Shown: positions 30,501 to 39,560 of the stretch, one piece after another
Numbering within the stretch: position 1 is the stretch's first letter
Layout: each line of letters begins with the position of its first letter
DNA from: a bacterium
GTDB taxonomy: Bacteria > Krumholzibacteriota > Krumholzibacteriia > G020349025
Reading direction: 5' to 3'
Length of the DNA stretch: 64,000 nucleotides
NCBI GenBank assembly: GCA_031362565.1
Contig: JANLSU010000121.1
Coordinates: 10,072-74,071, forward strand
Notes under the pieces: generated by a model
What the model was told of the DNA's origin: nothing
Databases searched by the model: none
The model's input: the letters and a program-made list of their open reading frames with translations, nothing else
Position numbers and translations under genes: made by a program

Positions 30501-33424
30501 CTCACGGATTCGACCGGCAATTCGATCCGTTCGGCGACGAGGCGCCGTACGAGTTCCAACGTCCCGGCGGGCTTGCCCGCCGGTTGCGGTTTCGGTTCCG
30601 GTTTCGCCCCGGCGCGTATGGCGTCGGCTGTCGTGGACGCCCCTTCTTCATCCGGCAGCGGTGCCTGCTCGCACGGATTGGCGAGAAATCGCCGCTGCCG
30701 ATCGAGGTCGAACGGTTTGACGAAGCGCGTCGCGAAAAGCGCCTCGTGCTGCAGTGCGCTTCCGAGTGCCCACGCTGCTCCGGCCGCGTTCAGCAATCCG
30801 ACCAACGATTCACTCGCCGCATCGAGGGCGATGACGGGCGTCGCCGTCTGCCCAGAGGCGAGGGTGCGAAGGGTTTGGCCGGGCCCGACCTCGAGCCACA
30901 GATCCACCTCGGAATCCGCGGCCTGCAACGCGGCGCTGAAACGCACCGGTGCGGTGACTTGGCGCAGCAGAAGTGCGGCGAGATCGGCCGCGGCTTCGAG
31001 TTCCCCGCCGGTCACGGTCGAAAACACCCGCCGCTGGATCGCACCCAAAGGCGCCGCCGCCAAGTGCGCCGCGAGCGCCGGGACGGCTGCTGCGACGAGT
31101 GGCGAGTGGAAGGCACGAGTGACCGGCAGGCGCACCGCAGCGACACCGGCGGCGCGCGCCAGCGCGATGACCGCTTCGACCGCGCTCGCGTCTCCGGCGA
31201 TTACGGTTTGGTTCGGGGCGTTCAACCCCGCAACGACGACATCGCCACCGGCAATCAACCGTTCGGCCGCCGGTGCATCGGTTGCGAGGCTGGCCATTGC
31301 ACCGGGGCTGCCGAGTTCGCCCATCGCGCCGCCGCGCGCCGCCGCCAACCGCACGAGCGCCGGCGCATCGAACGCGCCCGCCCAGTGATATGCCGTCAAC
31401 TCACCGAGACTGTGACCAATTGCGACATCGGCCGCGAGTCCGAGAGCGGCGAGGGTCTGAAGGCCGGAAAGCGACGCGGTCACGATCGCCGGCTGCGCCA
31501 CGGCGGTCTGGTGCGGATCGGCATCGCGCTTGATCACCGTGTTGTCGTAGAGAGCACGCACGGATTCGAAGCGCCGGCGCCACAAACCGCCGTCCAGATG
31601 GGCGGGCGAACCCTGCCCGGTGAACAAATAGCCAAGGCGCGGCGCGCTCTCGCCGGTATCGAAGTACACGCCGCGGCGCACGTCGAGCATCGGCGGCGCG
31701 CCGGCGGCCAACGATGATTCCAGCGCGGCGAGACGCGATTCGAGCCCGTCCGGCGTGCCCGCTACGACGGCGGCCCGGCAGCGCGGCCGCTTTCGCAGCA
31801 GTCGCGCCAGCGCTGCCGCCAAGTCGCCGAGTTCGGCGAATGAGATTCGACTCGCCGCGCGTCGCGTTCGTTCGACGGCCTCGCGCAATAACTCCACGGT
31901 CTCGGCGCCGAAGAGGAACAGCTCGCAATCTTGATAGGTGCTCGCGAGAGCGCGCGCCTCGCCATCGAGATCGCCGCCTCCGGGTGTGCCGGCGCCCTCC
32001 AACGTGAGATGCGTGTCGATGCCCCCGAAGCCCATCGCACTGACCGCAGCCCGCAACGGTTTTCCCGCCGGCCAGGGTTCGGCGTCGCGCAGCACCCGCA
32101 CACAAGCGCCGGTGAGTGACGGATGGGCGTCGAAACAGCCGGTCGTGGGCGGGCGAATCTGGTTGTGGACCGCCAACGTCGCCTTGATCAATCCCGCGAT
32201 GCCGGCGGCGGCTTTGGTGTGGCCGATGTTGGCCTTGACGGAGCCGAGCGCCGCCGGCTCAGCGGCGGGATCGGCTTCGCGCCGCGCCCGCGACAAGACC
32301 TCCAGCTCGACCGCATCGCCGACCGTCGTGCCCGTGCCATGCCCTTCGAAGTAGACGACGCTGTCCGGGCCATAGCCGGCGCGCCGGTAAGCGCGGCGCA
32401 CGGCCAGGAGTTGGCCTTCCACTTCGGGGCGCGTGATGCCGCCGCTGCCATCCGAAGCCACGCCCCAGCCGCGCACGACCGCATACACGCGCAAACCACG
32501 TGCGAGTGCATCGGCGTGCCGCATCAAGACCACGAACCCGCAACCTTCGCCCGGCCAGAAACCGGCCGAGCGCGCGTCATAGACACGCATGAGTTCGGGT
32601 GCGAGGGCGCCAAGGCGGGAGAAGCCCACCAACTCGAACGGATCGAGGCTCAAATCCACACCGCCGGCGAGCGCCACATCGAGGTCGCCGGCGACGAGCG
32701 ACGAGCACGCGGTGGTGACAGCCAAGAGCGAACTGGCGCAGGCGCCGTCCACCGTATAGCCGCCACCCTTCAAGTCGAACTGATTGCAAATGCGCCCGGC
32801 GATGGTGTTCGAGAGTCCACCCGCCAGCGTCTCGTCGCCGACTTCGGGAAACGGCGCCTTGAACGTCACCTCGAGTTCGGACAGAAACTCGTGGCGCTCT
32901 TCGAGTGGCTGGCCGCGTTCACGCAGCGCCGCATCCACCATGCGGCGCACGTAGGGCCAGCGGAGCCGCAGGGTGCTGGCGCGCGAGAACTCGCCGGTGA
33001 GCGAATTGCCGAGAACGACTCCCGTTGATTCGCGCGGTAAGTGCGCCGGATCGGCGAAGCCCGCGTCGACGAATGCCCGCGACGCCACGTCGAGCGCCAG
33101 CCAGTGAGCCGTGTCGGCGGCACGAAATGCTGGACCCGCGATCCGAAAGCGGGCGCGATCAAACTCCCAGCCTTCGATGACTGCCACATAGGGTGTGGAG
33201 ATCGAATCGGTACCGGTGCGATCGCCGGGCGCGTAATCCTCGAACCGCAAACGCTCTGGCGGCACGCGCCGGAAGGCTCGACGCTGCGCCAGCACGTTGC
33301 GCCACAATTCGTCCGGTGAGCGCGCGTCCGGATAGCAGCACGCCATGCCGACGATAGCGATGTCACTCGGGCTCGTCATGGCGTTCGCATCGGAATGCCC
33401 ATTCGTCATGCCGCGCTCGCTCAT
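27578..33424 (-). CDS. pksE: Iterative type I enediyne polyketide synthase, KS-AT-ACP-KR-DH-PPTase
   Basis: KS TVDGACASS, EGHGTGT, IGHTKAAAG; AT GHSLG and RAFHS; ACP DLHLNSIVVGQ; KR TGGGKGI and YAAAN; DH DHTLAGDPLFPAV and DPGARDAAIH; PPTase VSH, GCDVE, WTVIECLKK. This domain order is diagnostic of PKSE. Confidence 0.95.
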   Translation of the reverse strand: MSERGMTNGHSDANAMTSPSDIAIVGMACCYPDARSPDELWRNVLAQRRAFRRVPPERLRFEDYAPGDRTGTDSISTPYVAVIEGWEFDRARFRIAGPAFRAADTAHWLALDVASRAFVDAGFADPAHLPRESTGVVLGNSLTGEFSRASTLRLRWPYVRRMVDAALRERGQPLEERHEFLSELEVTFKAPFPEVGDETLAGGLSNTIAGRICNQFDLKGGGYTVDGACASSLLAVTTACSSLVAGDLDVALAGGVDLSLDPFELVGFSRLGALAPELMRVYDARSAGFWPGEGCGFVVLMRHADALARGLRVYAVVRGWGVASDGSGGITRPEVEGQLLAVRRAYRRAGYGPDSVVYFEGHGTGTTVGDAVELEVLSRARREADPAAEPAALGSVKANIGHTKAAAGIAGLIKATLAVHNQIRPPTTGCFDAHPSLTGACVRVLRDAEPWPAGKPLRAAVSAMGFGGIDTHLTLEGAGTPGGGDLDGEARALASTYQDCELFLFGAETVELLREAVERTRRAASRISFAELGDLAAALARLLRKRPRCRAAVVAGTPDGLESRLAALESSLAAGAPPMLDVRRGVYFDTGESAPRLGYLFTGQGSPAHLDGGLWRRRFESVRALYDNTVIKRDADPHQTAVAQPAIVTASLSGLQTLAALGLAADVAIGHSLGELTAYHWAGAFDAPALVRLAAARGGAMGELGSPGAMASLATDAPAAERLIAGGDVVVAGLNAPNQTVIAGDASAVEAVIALARAAGVAAVRLPVTRAFHSPLVAAAVPALAAHLAAAPLGAIQRRVFSTVTGGELEAAADLAALLLRQVTAPVRFSAALQAADSEVDLWLEVGPGQTLRTLASGQTATPVIALDAASESLVGLLNAAGAAWALGSALQHEALFATRFVKPFDLDRQRRFLANPCEQAPLPDEEGASTTADAIRAGAKPEPKPQPAGKPAGTLELVRRLVAERIELPVESVSDQHRLLGDLHLNSIVVGQVAVEAATRLGLPPPADPTAYAGATVGELARALEELSATHGTGTALAAPAVPAGVDAWVRPFVTRWLDCPGPGNAPASTHGVWSVFASPGDPLAGAIERALGAKSSGEGVIVILPPEPDERCATLLLEAARALWPRRTTGCFVVVQCDGGGGGFARSLHLESPETATCIVDVPRDDPRVAAWVADEAQAASGFRAVAYGRDGIRREPVLAPGGPLLHAPLALGPDDVLLVTGGGKGIAAECALGLARKYSVRLGLVGRAHPDTDSVLAQNLERFRASGVRFHYAVADVAAAERLRDAVGEIEAALGPVTGVLHGAGTNIPRPLSALDAADFLATAAPKLAGARNLAAAVDASRLKLFVAFGSIIARTGMRGEADYAAANEWLAGWVRRFQADHPACRCLTIEWSVWSGAGMGERLGRLEALVRDGITPIPVDVGVQWLGRLIDTDLPDPSILVAGRFGVQATLKLEAARLPLWRFLEQPRVLYPGIELVVDVELSRDSDPYLADHTLAGDPLFPAVLGLEAMAEAAMAITGATTPPVFEAVEFARPIVVPRDGTETIRVAALVREPGVVDVALRASRTQFQVDHFRARCRFNAVPGETPSRVALAGDSLVDGRLAFEPEADLYGSVLFQDGRFRRVSGYRWLRATECLAEISADGATAWFGTYLPASLVLGDPGARDAAIHALQACIPHRTLLPIAIERLEINRLPSGQAFAVRARERHRDGDTFIYDLEITTPDGAVLEHWSGLTLRAVGPTKAPKAWSAPLLAPYLQRRLDDLVPGLTIGVALQRDGAAGSDDPARAFEVALARRSSVVHRPDGKPELPSEPDLTVSVSHAGALMLAVAGAGTLGCDVEPVVERPSDEWHGLLGAQRYALAVQVARESGENLADSLTRVWTVIECLKKAGVASETPILLRSTTTDGWVMLAAGDALITTFVGVLQPAAERLAFAVFAGGRHAGV

Positions 33425-34392
33425 GACTGCACCGCCACTGGCGCGAATCGCATTCGCAGCCGCCCGCGCCACGCCTCGTACGCCGGTTCGCTGCCATCGG
33501 GCGGTAGATCCCGGAAGGCTTCGTCGGTGCATTGCGCCGCCGCTTTGGCGCCCAGACCACACAACGTAAGACACGCCCGTTCGGTGTGCGGCGTCGCGTT
33601 CCCGGCGCGCTCGCGCGCTTGGGCCGCGAACGCCGCGCCCTGGGCCAGGGCCGAGCGATGTTCGCCGGCGGCGCGACGCAAATTCTCCAGCGCTGCGTCA
33701 TCCGCCCCACCCGCGTACGCGGCCGCGAGCCCCACTCCGCTCCACAGGTCGGCGTGCCGCGCGGCATCGAAACGTTCGATCGATGCCGTGACCCCGGCGA
33801 CCCCGGCGCACTCCACGAACCACAGGGCGCGGCCCAGCCCTTGATCCCACGCGCGCCGCTGGTAGCCGGCAACGATGCGCGCCGGCACCACATGCTGCTC
33901 GATGCAGCGCCGGGCACTGAAATACCCATCGTGGAAGCCCCAGCCGTCGAGCACGAGCCAGCGCAACCGCTGGTCCATACGCCGGGTGGCGCGCTCGAAC
34001 GAACGGCCGGCCCGAGCCATCGCCCAGCCGGCGCCGATATGAACCATGTATGCGTGCCGGCTGCCGGCGCCGGCGAGGAACGTCTGCCATCGGTCGCGCC
34101 GCCAGGGCAGCAGCGTATCGAGCAGCAGGAGCGCCATGCCCGCCCCTTCATAGGCGAAGCCGCGCCGCTCGGGCTCGACGGCCTCGAGCCGCGCCACGAG
34201 TTGCTCGCTCGGTCCCGTTTCGAGCCCGGCGTGGTACCCGGCGACGAAGGTCGCGCCGATCGTTTCGAAGCGCTGCCGCGCCACCGGGTCGCCGCCGCGG
34301 AAGCCGCGCCGCTCGAACCGGGTCGCATCGGGGGAAATGCCGAAAAGGATCCGTTGGAGCTTGCCCAAGTGAAGCGACCCTTCGCGCTGCAT
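33421..34392 (-). CDS. unbL: DUF1702 enediyne biosynthesis protein (UnbL/E3-like)
   Basis: RGFAYEGAGM, HAYMVHIGAGWA, LVLDGWGFHDGYF, DQGLGRALWF, DLWSGVGLAAAYAGG; ATGA-coupled to pksE. Confidence 0.88.
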   Translation of the reverse strand: MQREGSLHLGKLQRILFGISPDATRFERRGFRGGDPVARQRFETIGATFVAGYHAGLETGPSEQLVARLEAVEPERRGFAYEGAGMALLLLDTLLPWRRDRWQTFLAGAGSRHAYMVHIGAGWAMARAGRSFERATRRMDQRLRWLVLDGWGFHDGYFSARRCIEQHVVPARIVAGYQRRAWDQGLGRALWFVECAGVAGVTASIERFDAARHADLWSGVGLAAAYAGGADDAALENLRRAAGEHRSALAQGAAFAAQARERAGNATPHTERACLTLCGLGAKAAAQCTDEAFRDLPPDGSEPAYEAWRGRLRMRFAPVAVQS

Positions 34393-34591
34393 GTCAGCCA
34401 CAGATTTCGACGACGGTCCTGGCGAGTCGACCTGGAACGCGGGGCGCCGGAGCGCGAATCCGAGCGGCCTTGGGAGAGCGAAGCCGGGCACGGAATCGAG
34501 CCATCCTCGACACGACGACTATCGCGAGGCGGTGTGTTCCTGTAGAGTTTCTGCCTGTCCGCGAGCCCCGTCAAGCGTCTTGGAGCCCACC

Positions 34592-36583
34592 TTGTCACCC
34601 TTCGTCCGCGTGGCCGTAATGCTACTTGCGCTCACCGCTGGGTCGATCTGGCTGCGCCCGCATGCTTCTGCGGCGCTTGACCCAGGCGTGCGGTTCGAAG
34701 AAATCGCCACCCGGGCGGGATGCAGCCACTTGCACTCCCCGGTCGAGTTGTCACCGCGCTTCGCCAACATCATGCCTTGGCTCGTATCGGTGGGCGCGGC
34801 GGTGGCCGGGGCCGATTTCGACGGCGACGGGCGCACGGATTTTTACTGCACCAACTCCGGGCGCGGCCAGCCGAACGCGCTCTACCGCAACCGCGGCGAT
34901 GGAACCTTCGAGGACGTGGCGGCGCCGGCCGGCGTGGCCTGCGGCAATCCCGAGGGTGGGTGCGTGCACGCCGTCTTCGGCGACATCGACAACGACGGCG
35001 ACGCGGATCTGTTCGTGGCCAAGTGGGGCGAGGCCAATCAGCTCTTCCTGAATCGCGGTGACGGCACCTTCAGCGATGACACGGGGCGTGCCGGTGTCGG
35101 CGGGTGGGGCTATGCGAACGCCGCGACGTTCGTCGATTACGACCGCGATGGATGGCTCGATTTGCTGGTCGGGAACTACTTCGCCGATTCGCTGGCGGAC
35201 GCCAGCACCGGCAAGATGCAGCGTTCGAATTTGTGGGATCCGGTGACGACGCGCGTCATGCACAACACGTTCACTCACGCCGACAACGGCGGACGCACGC
35301 TGCTCTACCACAATCTGGGCAATGGCCACTTCACAGACGTCGCGGTCGAGTGCGGATTGCTTTTCCGCGGCTGGACCCTCGCAGCCGGCGCCGCCGATCT
35401 CAACAACGACGGCTGGCCCGATCTCTACCTTGCGAACGATTTCGGCCCGGACGAGCTGTATCTGAACACCGGCGCCACCGAGAATCCGCCGCGCTTCGAG
35501 CGTGTCGTCGATACGTCGGGGCATCCCGGCATCGGCGATGACTGGTGGAAAGGGATGAACGTCGATTTTGGCGACGTCGACGGCAATGGTTTCCTCGATG
35601 TCTACGTCACCAACATCCTCGCACGCCGCTACAAGACCGACGAAGGCAACATGCTGTGGCTGAACCTCGCCGACCCGAAGGGGGGCCCCGGTGGACGAAG
35701 CTTCTGGAACGCGGCGCGAGCGAGCGGCGCAGACGACGGCGGCTGGGGCTGGGGAGCCAAGTTCCTCGATGCGAACAACGACGGCTTGCTCGACATCTTC
35801 GCGTTGAACGGTTTCGTGAGCGGCGATCCCGAACACACCTATTGGTACGACCTGCAGGAGATGGTGACGCAAACCAAGAATAACGCCGCCGACACCGCCG
35901 ACTGGCCGCCGATGGGAAATCGCGATCTCTCGGGGTACGAACCGAGCCGCTTGTTCGTGCAGCTCGCGGACGGAGAGGACGCGGCACGCGAGGTCGCGGG
36001 TGAGCAGGGCGGCGCGCGGCACGTTCCACACTTCGCCGAAGTTGCCGCCGCAGCCGGCATCACCGATGTGCTGAACGGCAGAGGCGTGGCGGTGAACGAC
36101 TTCGATGCCGACGGGGCACTCGATTTGTTCGTAGCCAACCAGAGCGCACCTTCGTTGCTCTATCACAGTCTCTTGAAGACCGGCGGACCCGGCCGGCATT
36201 GGCTCGGGTTGTCTTTGGCGGGCCGGCCAGACGAACCCAACACGGTCGATGGACGGCGTTTCGCTTCGACGGCGAGCGCCGTGGGAACGCGCGTCGAAGT
36301 GACGGTGGGACCTCGCTGTTTGGTGCAGGAAGTCAGCGGCGGCACGGGCTTCGCTTCGCAGAGCGAGTTGCGGTTGCATTTCGGCCTTGGCACGGTCGAT
36401 CGACCCGAGCGAATGGTTGTGAGGTGGCCAAGCGGGCGAGTGCAGACCTTCGAGGGCCCAGCCGTCGCGGCGTGCGTCGATGGCTATGCGCGCCTGGTCG
36501 AAGGCACTCCACTCGAGCCCGGCCAGGGTGCGAGTGCGGCAGCAAAGGGAATGCCGGCCGCGACGCGGGGAGACACGCCATGA
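34592..36583 (+). CDS. unbV: CRTAC1/ASPIC-UnbV FG-GAP repeat protein (E4-like)
   Basis: Signal peptide, repeated D(F/Y/L)DxDGxxD motifs, ANDFGPD, KGMNVDFGD, GWGWGAKF, C-terminal GGTGFASQSELRLHFGLG...VRWP. Confidence 0.9.
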   Translation: MSPFVRVAVMLLALTAGSIWLRPHASAALDPGVRFEEIATRAGCSHLHSPVELSPRFANIMPWLVSVGAAVAGADFDGDGRTDFYCTNSGRGQPNALYRNRGDGTFEDVAAPAGVACGNPEGGCVHAVFGDIDNDGDADLFVAKWGEANQLFLNRGDGTFSDDTGRAGVGGWGYANAATFVDYDRDGWLDLLVGNYFADSLADASTGKMQRSNLWDPVTTRVMHNTFTHADNGGRTLLYHNLGNGHFTDVAVECGLLFRGWTLAAGAADLNNDGWPDLYLANDFGPDELYLNTGATENPPRFERVVDTSGHPGIGDDWWKGMNVDFGDVDGNGFLDVYVTNILARRYKTDEGNMLWLNLADPKGGPGGRSFWNAARASGADDGGWGWGAKFLDANNDGLLDIFALNGFVSGDPEHTYWYDLQEMVTQTKNNAADTADWPPMGNRDLSGYEPSRLFVQLADGEDAAREVAGEQGGARHVPHFAEVAAAAGITDVLNGRGVAVNDFDADGALDLFVANQSAPSLLYHSLLKTGGPGRHWLGLSLAGRPDEPNTVDGRRFASTASAVGTRVEVTVGPRCLVQEVSGGTGFASQSELRLHFGLGTVDRPERMVVRWPSGRVQTFEGPAVAACVDGYARLVEGTPLEPGQGASAAAKGMPAATRGDTP

Positions 36584-37635
36584 GTGCGAGCGAACCCGCG
36601 GCGGAGCCGGTGCGCCGCGCGCGGCGGCGCAACTTGACGTTGTTCGCCGCCGGTGCGGCGATCTTCGCAGTGATCACCGTGATTGCGGTGCGCCGCGGCG
36701 GCCTCCTCGACCTTCCCGCGGCGCCACCCGGCGTCACCGCCGAAAGCGCCGGGCTCGCGAACCTGAACGAACTCACGACGCGCGGTCGCGCGCTCGAGGC
36801 ACTCGCGAGCGGGCAGCGCTCCGACGGCACGCCTGCCGATTCCGCCCTCGTCCAAACAGCGGCCGGTCTCGCCGCGATCCGGCGCGACGATTCGGAACAT
36901 GGACTGGCGATGATGCGCACCGGCCTCGGTCTCGCGCCGTGTGATCTCGTTCTCGGCAATGGGTACCGCATGGCGGTATTGCAGCTGCGGCGCGCCAATC
37001 TCGCCGGCGCGGCGCGGCGCCAGACGCTCGCCGGGCAGATGCCCGCGTGGCTCGAACACGAACCCATCGCAACGCTCGAGCGGCTCCACGCCGAACACCC
37101 CTGCCGCGAAACAGCCCTGCAACTCGCGCTTGCGTGGGTGGACGAGTTGATCCTTTTCGGTGCGCTCGAGATCAAGGCGCCGGCAAACGTCGAATCGGTG
37201 CACCAGCTGACCGAGTTGCTGCGTCAAGAGCCCATGTATGTGCCGGCGCTCTTCGGCCGTGGACTGAATTACTTGAATCGGCCGGCCCGCCTCTTGTGGC
37301 GCGAAGGCATCAAGACCGCACCCGACGCCGCAAGTCACGACCTGGGCCTATGTGTCGCGATCGGCCGCCGCGTCGGCGGTGCGCCGCCGCAACTCGTCGC
37401 GACACTCGCCCTGGCGCTCGGCGATGCGTTCGCGAAAGAGGGCCACCCCGAGCGCGCACGCTCTTGGTGGCAGATCGCCGGCAATACGTCCCGCGATCCC
37501 GCGCTCACCGATTCGATCCGGCGGCGTTTCGGCTGGCGTGACGACGAAGTGCTCGATCGCCTCGAGACCGAGCTGGCGAGCCGCATGCTCGACCTCGATC
37601 ACCCGCTCTCCGATCTTTCGTTCATGTGGCGCTGA
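36580..37635 (+). CDS. Hypothetical membrane-anchored helical (TPR-like) protein
   Basis: ATGA-coupled to unbV; N-terminal TM segment; 'ALFGRGLNYL' and 'LALGDAFAKEGHPERARSWW' resemble TPR helices. Confidence 0.65.
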   Translation: MSASEPAAEPVRRARRRNLTLFAAGAAIFAVITVIAVRRGGLLDLPAAPPGVTAESAGLANLNELTTRGRALEALASGQRSDGTPADSALVQTAAGLAAIRRDDSEHGLAMMRTGLGLAPCDLVLGNGYRMAVLQLRRANLAGAARRQTLAGQMPAWLEHEPIATLERLHAEHPCRETALQLALAWVDELILFGALEIKAPANVESVHQLTELLRQEPMYVPALFGRGLNYLNRPARLLWREGIKTAPDAASHDLGLCVAIGRRVGGAPPQLVATLALALGDAFAKEGHPERARSWWQIAGNTSRDPALTDSIRRRFGWRDDEVLDRLETELASRMLDLDHPLSDLSFMWR

Positions 37636-37661
37636 GGAGGCACACCCTGCACGAGCGACCA

Positions 37662-38513
37662 GTGAAGATCGTTGTCCCGACCCTGCGCGACCCACGCATC
37701 ATGTTGGCGTTGGCGCTCACGACCTGGACGATCCTCGGGCAGACCATGCTCTACTTCAACCGCGACCTGCTGCAGATCGGCGTCGCGCTCGGTTCGGCGT
37801 GTGTCGTCGATATGCTGCTGGCGTTCGTGTTCCAACGCCAGGTGCTGGTGCCGATCAGCGCCTACATTACCGGCCTATCGCTCGGCATTCTGATCGCGAG
37901 CAATGACTGGCGGGTGTATTTTCTGGCTTCGGCCTGGGGTGTGGCGTCGAAGTACTTCCTCCGCGCCGGCAACCGCCACTTCTTCAACCCATCCAACTTC
38001 GGCATCGTCGCTTCGGTGGTGCTCTTGCGCAACATCGCCACCGTTGCACCCGGCTCACAGTGGGGCGGCGAGTGGCGCGTCGCACTTCTCATCCTGGCAC
38101 TCGGACTGACCATGATGCGACGCGTGAAGCGCCTGCACTTGGTGCTGGCCTGGCTCGGCGGTTATCTCATGATGAGCATGCTCAGGGTCGCACTTGGCCA
38201 AGGTGGGCTCGTGTTCGCGCTCGGTCCCATGACCGGTGCCGAGTTCGCGCTCTTTACTTTTTCGATGCTCCCGGATCCCAAGACCAGTCCGCCGACCTCG
38301 GGTGCCTGCATCGTCTGGGGCCTCTTGATCGCCGTGCTGGACGGCGTGTTGCGTTACTTCGAAATTCGATACTCCATGTTCTACGCGCTCTTCGCCTTCT
38401 GCGCGCTCCTGCCGCTGTTCCGTTTGGCGGCAGCGGCGCGCGGCGCCAACGAGACCGACCCGTGGCGTGTCGCGGTGCGAGTGCTTGGCAAACGGTCCGA
38501 GCCGGCGCGTTGA
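37662..38513 (+). CDS. unbU: UnbU/E5-like membrane protein (RnfD-like fold)
   Basis: Polytopic; RHFFNPSNFGI, PMTGAEFALFTFSMLPDPKTSP; position in the PKSE cassette. Confidence 0.82.
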   Translation: MKIVVPTLRDPRIMLALALTTWTILGQTMLYFNRDLLQIGVALGSACVVDMLLAFVFQRQVLVPISAYITGLSLGILIASNDWRVYFLASAWGVASKYFLRAGNRHFFNPSNFGIVASVVLLRNIATVAPGSQWGGEWRVALLILALGLTMMRRVKRLHLVLAWLGGYLMMSMLRVALGQGGLVFALGPMTGAEFALFTFSMLPDPKTSPPTSGACIVWGLLIAVLDGVLRYFEIRYSMFYALFAFCALLPLFRLAAAARGANETDPWRVAVRVLGKRSEPAR

Positions 38514-38582
38514 AACACCGGCACGCAGATCTCACGTGAGCGCCTTGACACCGGCCGGAGCGCCTGCCAGCCTTGCTGCATC

Positions 38583-39560
38583 ATGCGGATTCCACTCGAC
38601 GCCATTCGTGAAGCGGCCGAACGCACGGCAGCGTACCTGCACCGCACGCCGATGCTCTCATCGCGCAGTTTGGGTGAGCGCGCCGGGGTGCGTCTCGATC
38701 TCAAGTGTGAGAGCTTTCAGAAAACCGGTTCGTTCAAGCCGCGCGGCGCGCTCAACGTGGTGTTGTCGCTGCCGGCGGAGCGGCGGTCGCGCGGTCTCGT
38801 GACGGTGTCGGCCGGCAATCACGCCCAAGCCGTGGCATGGGCGGCGCGCGTCGTGGGCGTGCCGTGCACCGTCGTCATGCCGGCGGATGCACCGCGCTCC
38901 AAGATGGACGCCGTTCGCGGCTACGGCGCGACGATCGTGACCCACGCCGATCGCGCCACGCTTTTCGACCGGCTGCGCGAGGAAGAAGCCCGTAGCGGTG
39001 CGACATTCGTGCATCCGTTCGACGACCCGGTGGGACTCGCGGGCGCCGGCACGGTGGGTCTCGAGATCGTCGCGCAAATGCCCGATGTCGAGTGTGTGGT
39101 GGTGCCGATCGGCGGCGGCGGACTCATGGCCGGCGTCACTTGCGCCATCAAAGCGCTGCTGCCGCAGTGCCGCGTGGTGGGCGTCGAACTCGCGGCCGGA
39201 CCCGGTATGACGCCGGCGCTCGCGGCCGGCAAACCGGTGCCCGTCACCCGGTTGCCAACCCTCGCGGATGGATTGACGCCGCCCTTCGTGGGCACTCTGC
39301 CGTTCGAAGTCGCGCAGCGGGCGCTGGACGATCTCGTACTCGTGACGGAGGAAGAAATCATGGAGGCCATGCGTCTGCTCCTCGTTCGCGCCAAACTTTT
39401 TGTCGAGGGTGCCGGTGCCGCGGCCACGGCGGCCTTGCTGGCCGGCAAGGTACGGGGGCCCGAGGGCGCCAGAGTCGTAGCGATCGTCTCGGGCGGCAAC
39501 GTGGATCCCGAGCGCGCTCTCGCATTGTTTGGGCATGGCGCCAAGGAGGCGGGGGCGTGA
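38583..39560 (+). CDS. PLP-dependent serine/threonine dehydratase-family protein
   Basis: LKCESFQKTGSFKPRGA, SAGNHAQAVA, VHPFDD, PIGGGGL, SGGN. Confidence 0.9.
   Translation: MRIPLDAIREAAERTAAYLHRTPMLSSRSLGERAGVRLDLKCESFQKTGSFKPRGALNVVLSLPAERRSRGLVTVSAGNHAQAVAWAARVVGVPCTVVMPADAPRSKMDAVRGYGATIVTHADRATLFDRLREEEARSGATFVHPFDDPVGLAGAGTVGLEIVAQMPDVECVVVPIGGGGLMAGVTCAIKALLPQCRVVGVELAAGPGMTPALAAGKPVPVTRLPTLADGLTPPFVGTLPFEVAQRALDDLVLVTEEEIMEAMRLLLVRAKLFVEGAGAAATAALLAGKVRGPEGARVVAIVSGGNVDPERALALFGHGAKEAGA

Noticed and set aside
27578..33424. PUFA synthase (PfaA) or modular PKS
   Set aside because: A single ACP between AT and KR, a terminal PPTase and adjacent E10/E3/E4/E5 homologs indicate PKSE.
37662..38513. 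RnfD/NqrB respiratory complex subunit
   Set aside because: No other rnf/nqr genes nearby; motifs and context fit UnbU/E5.
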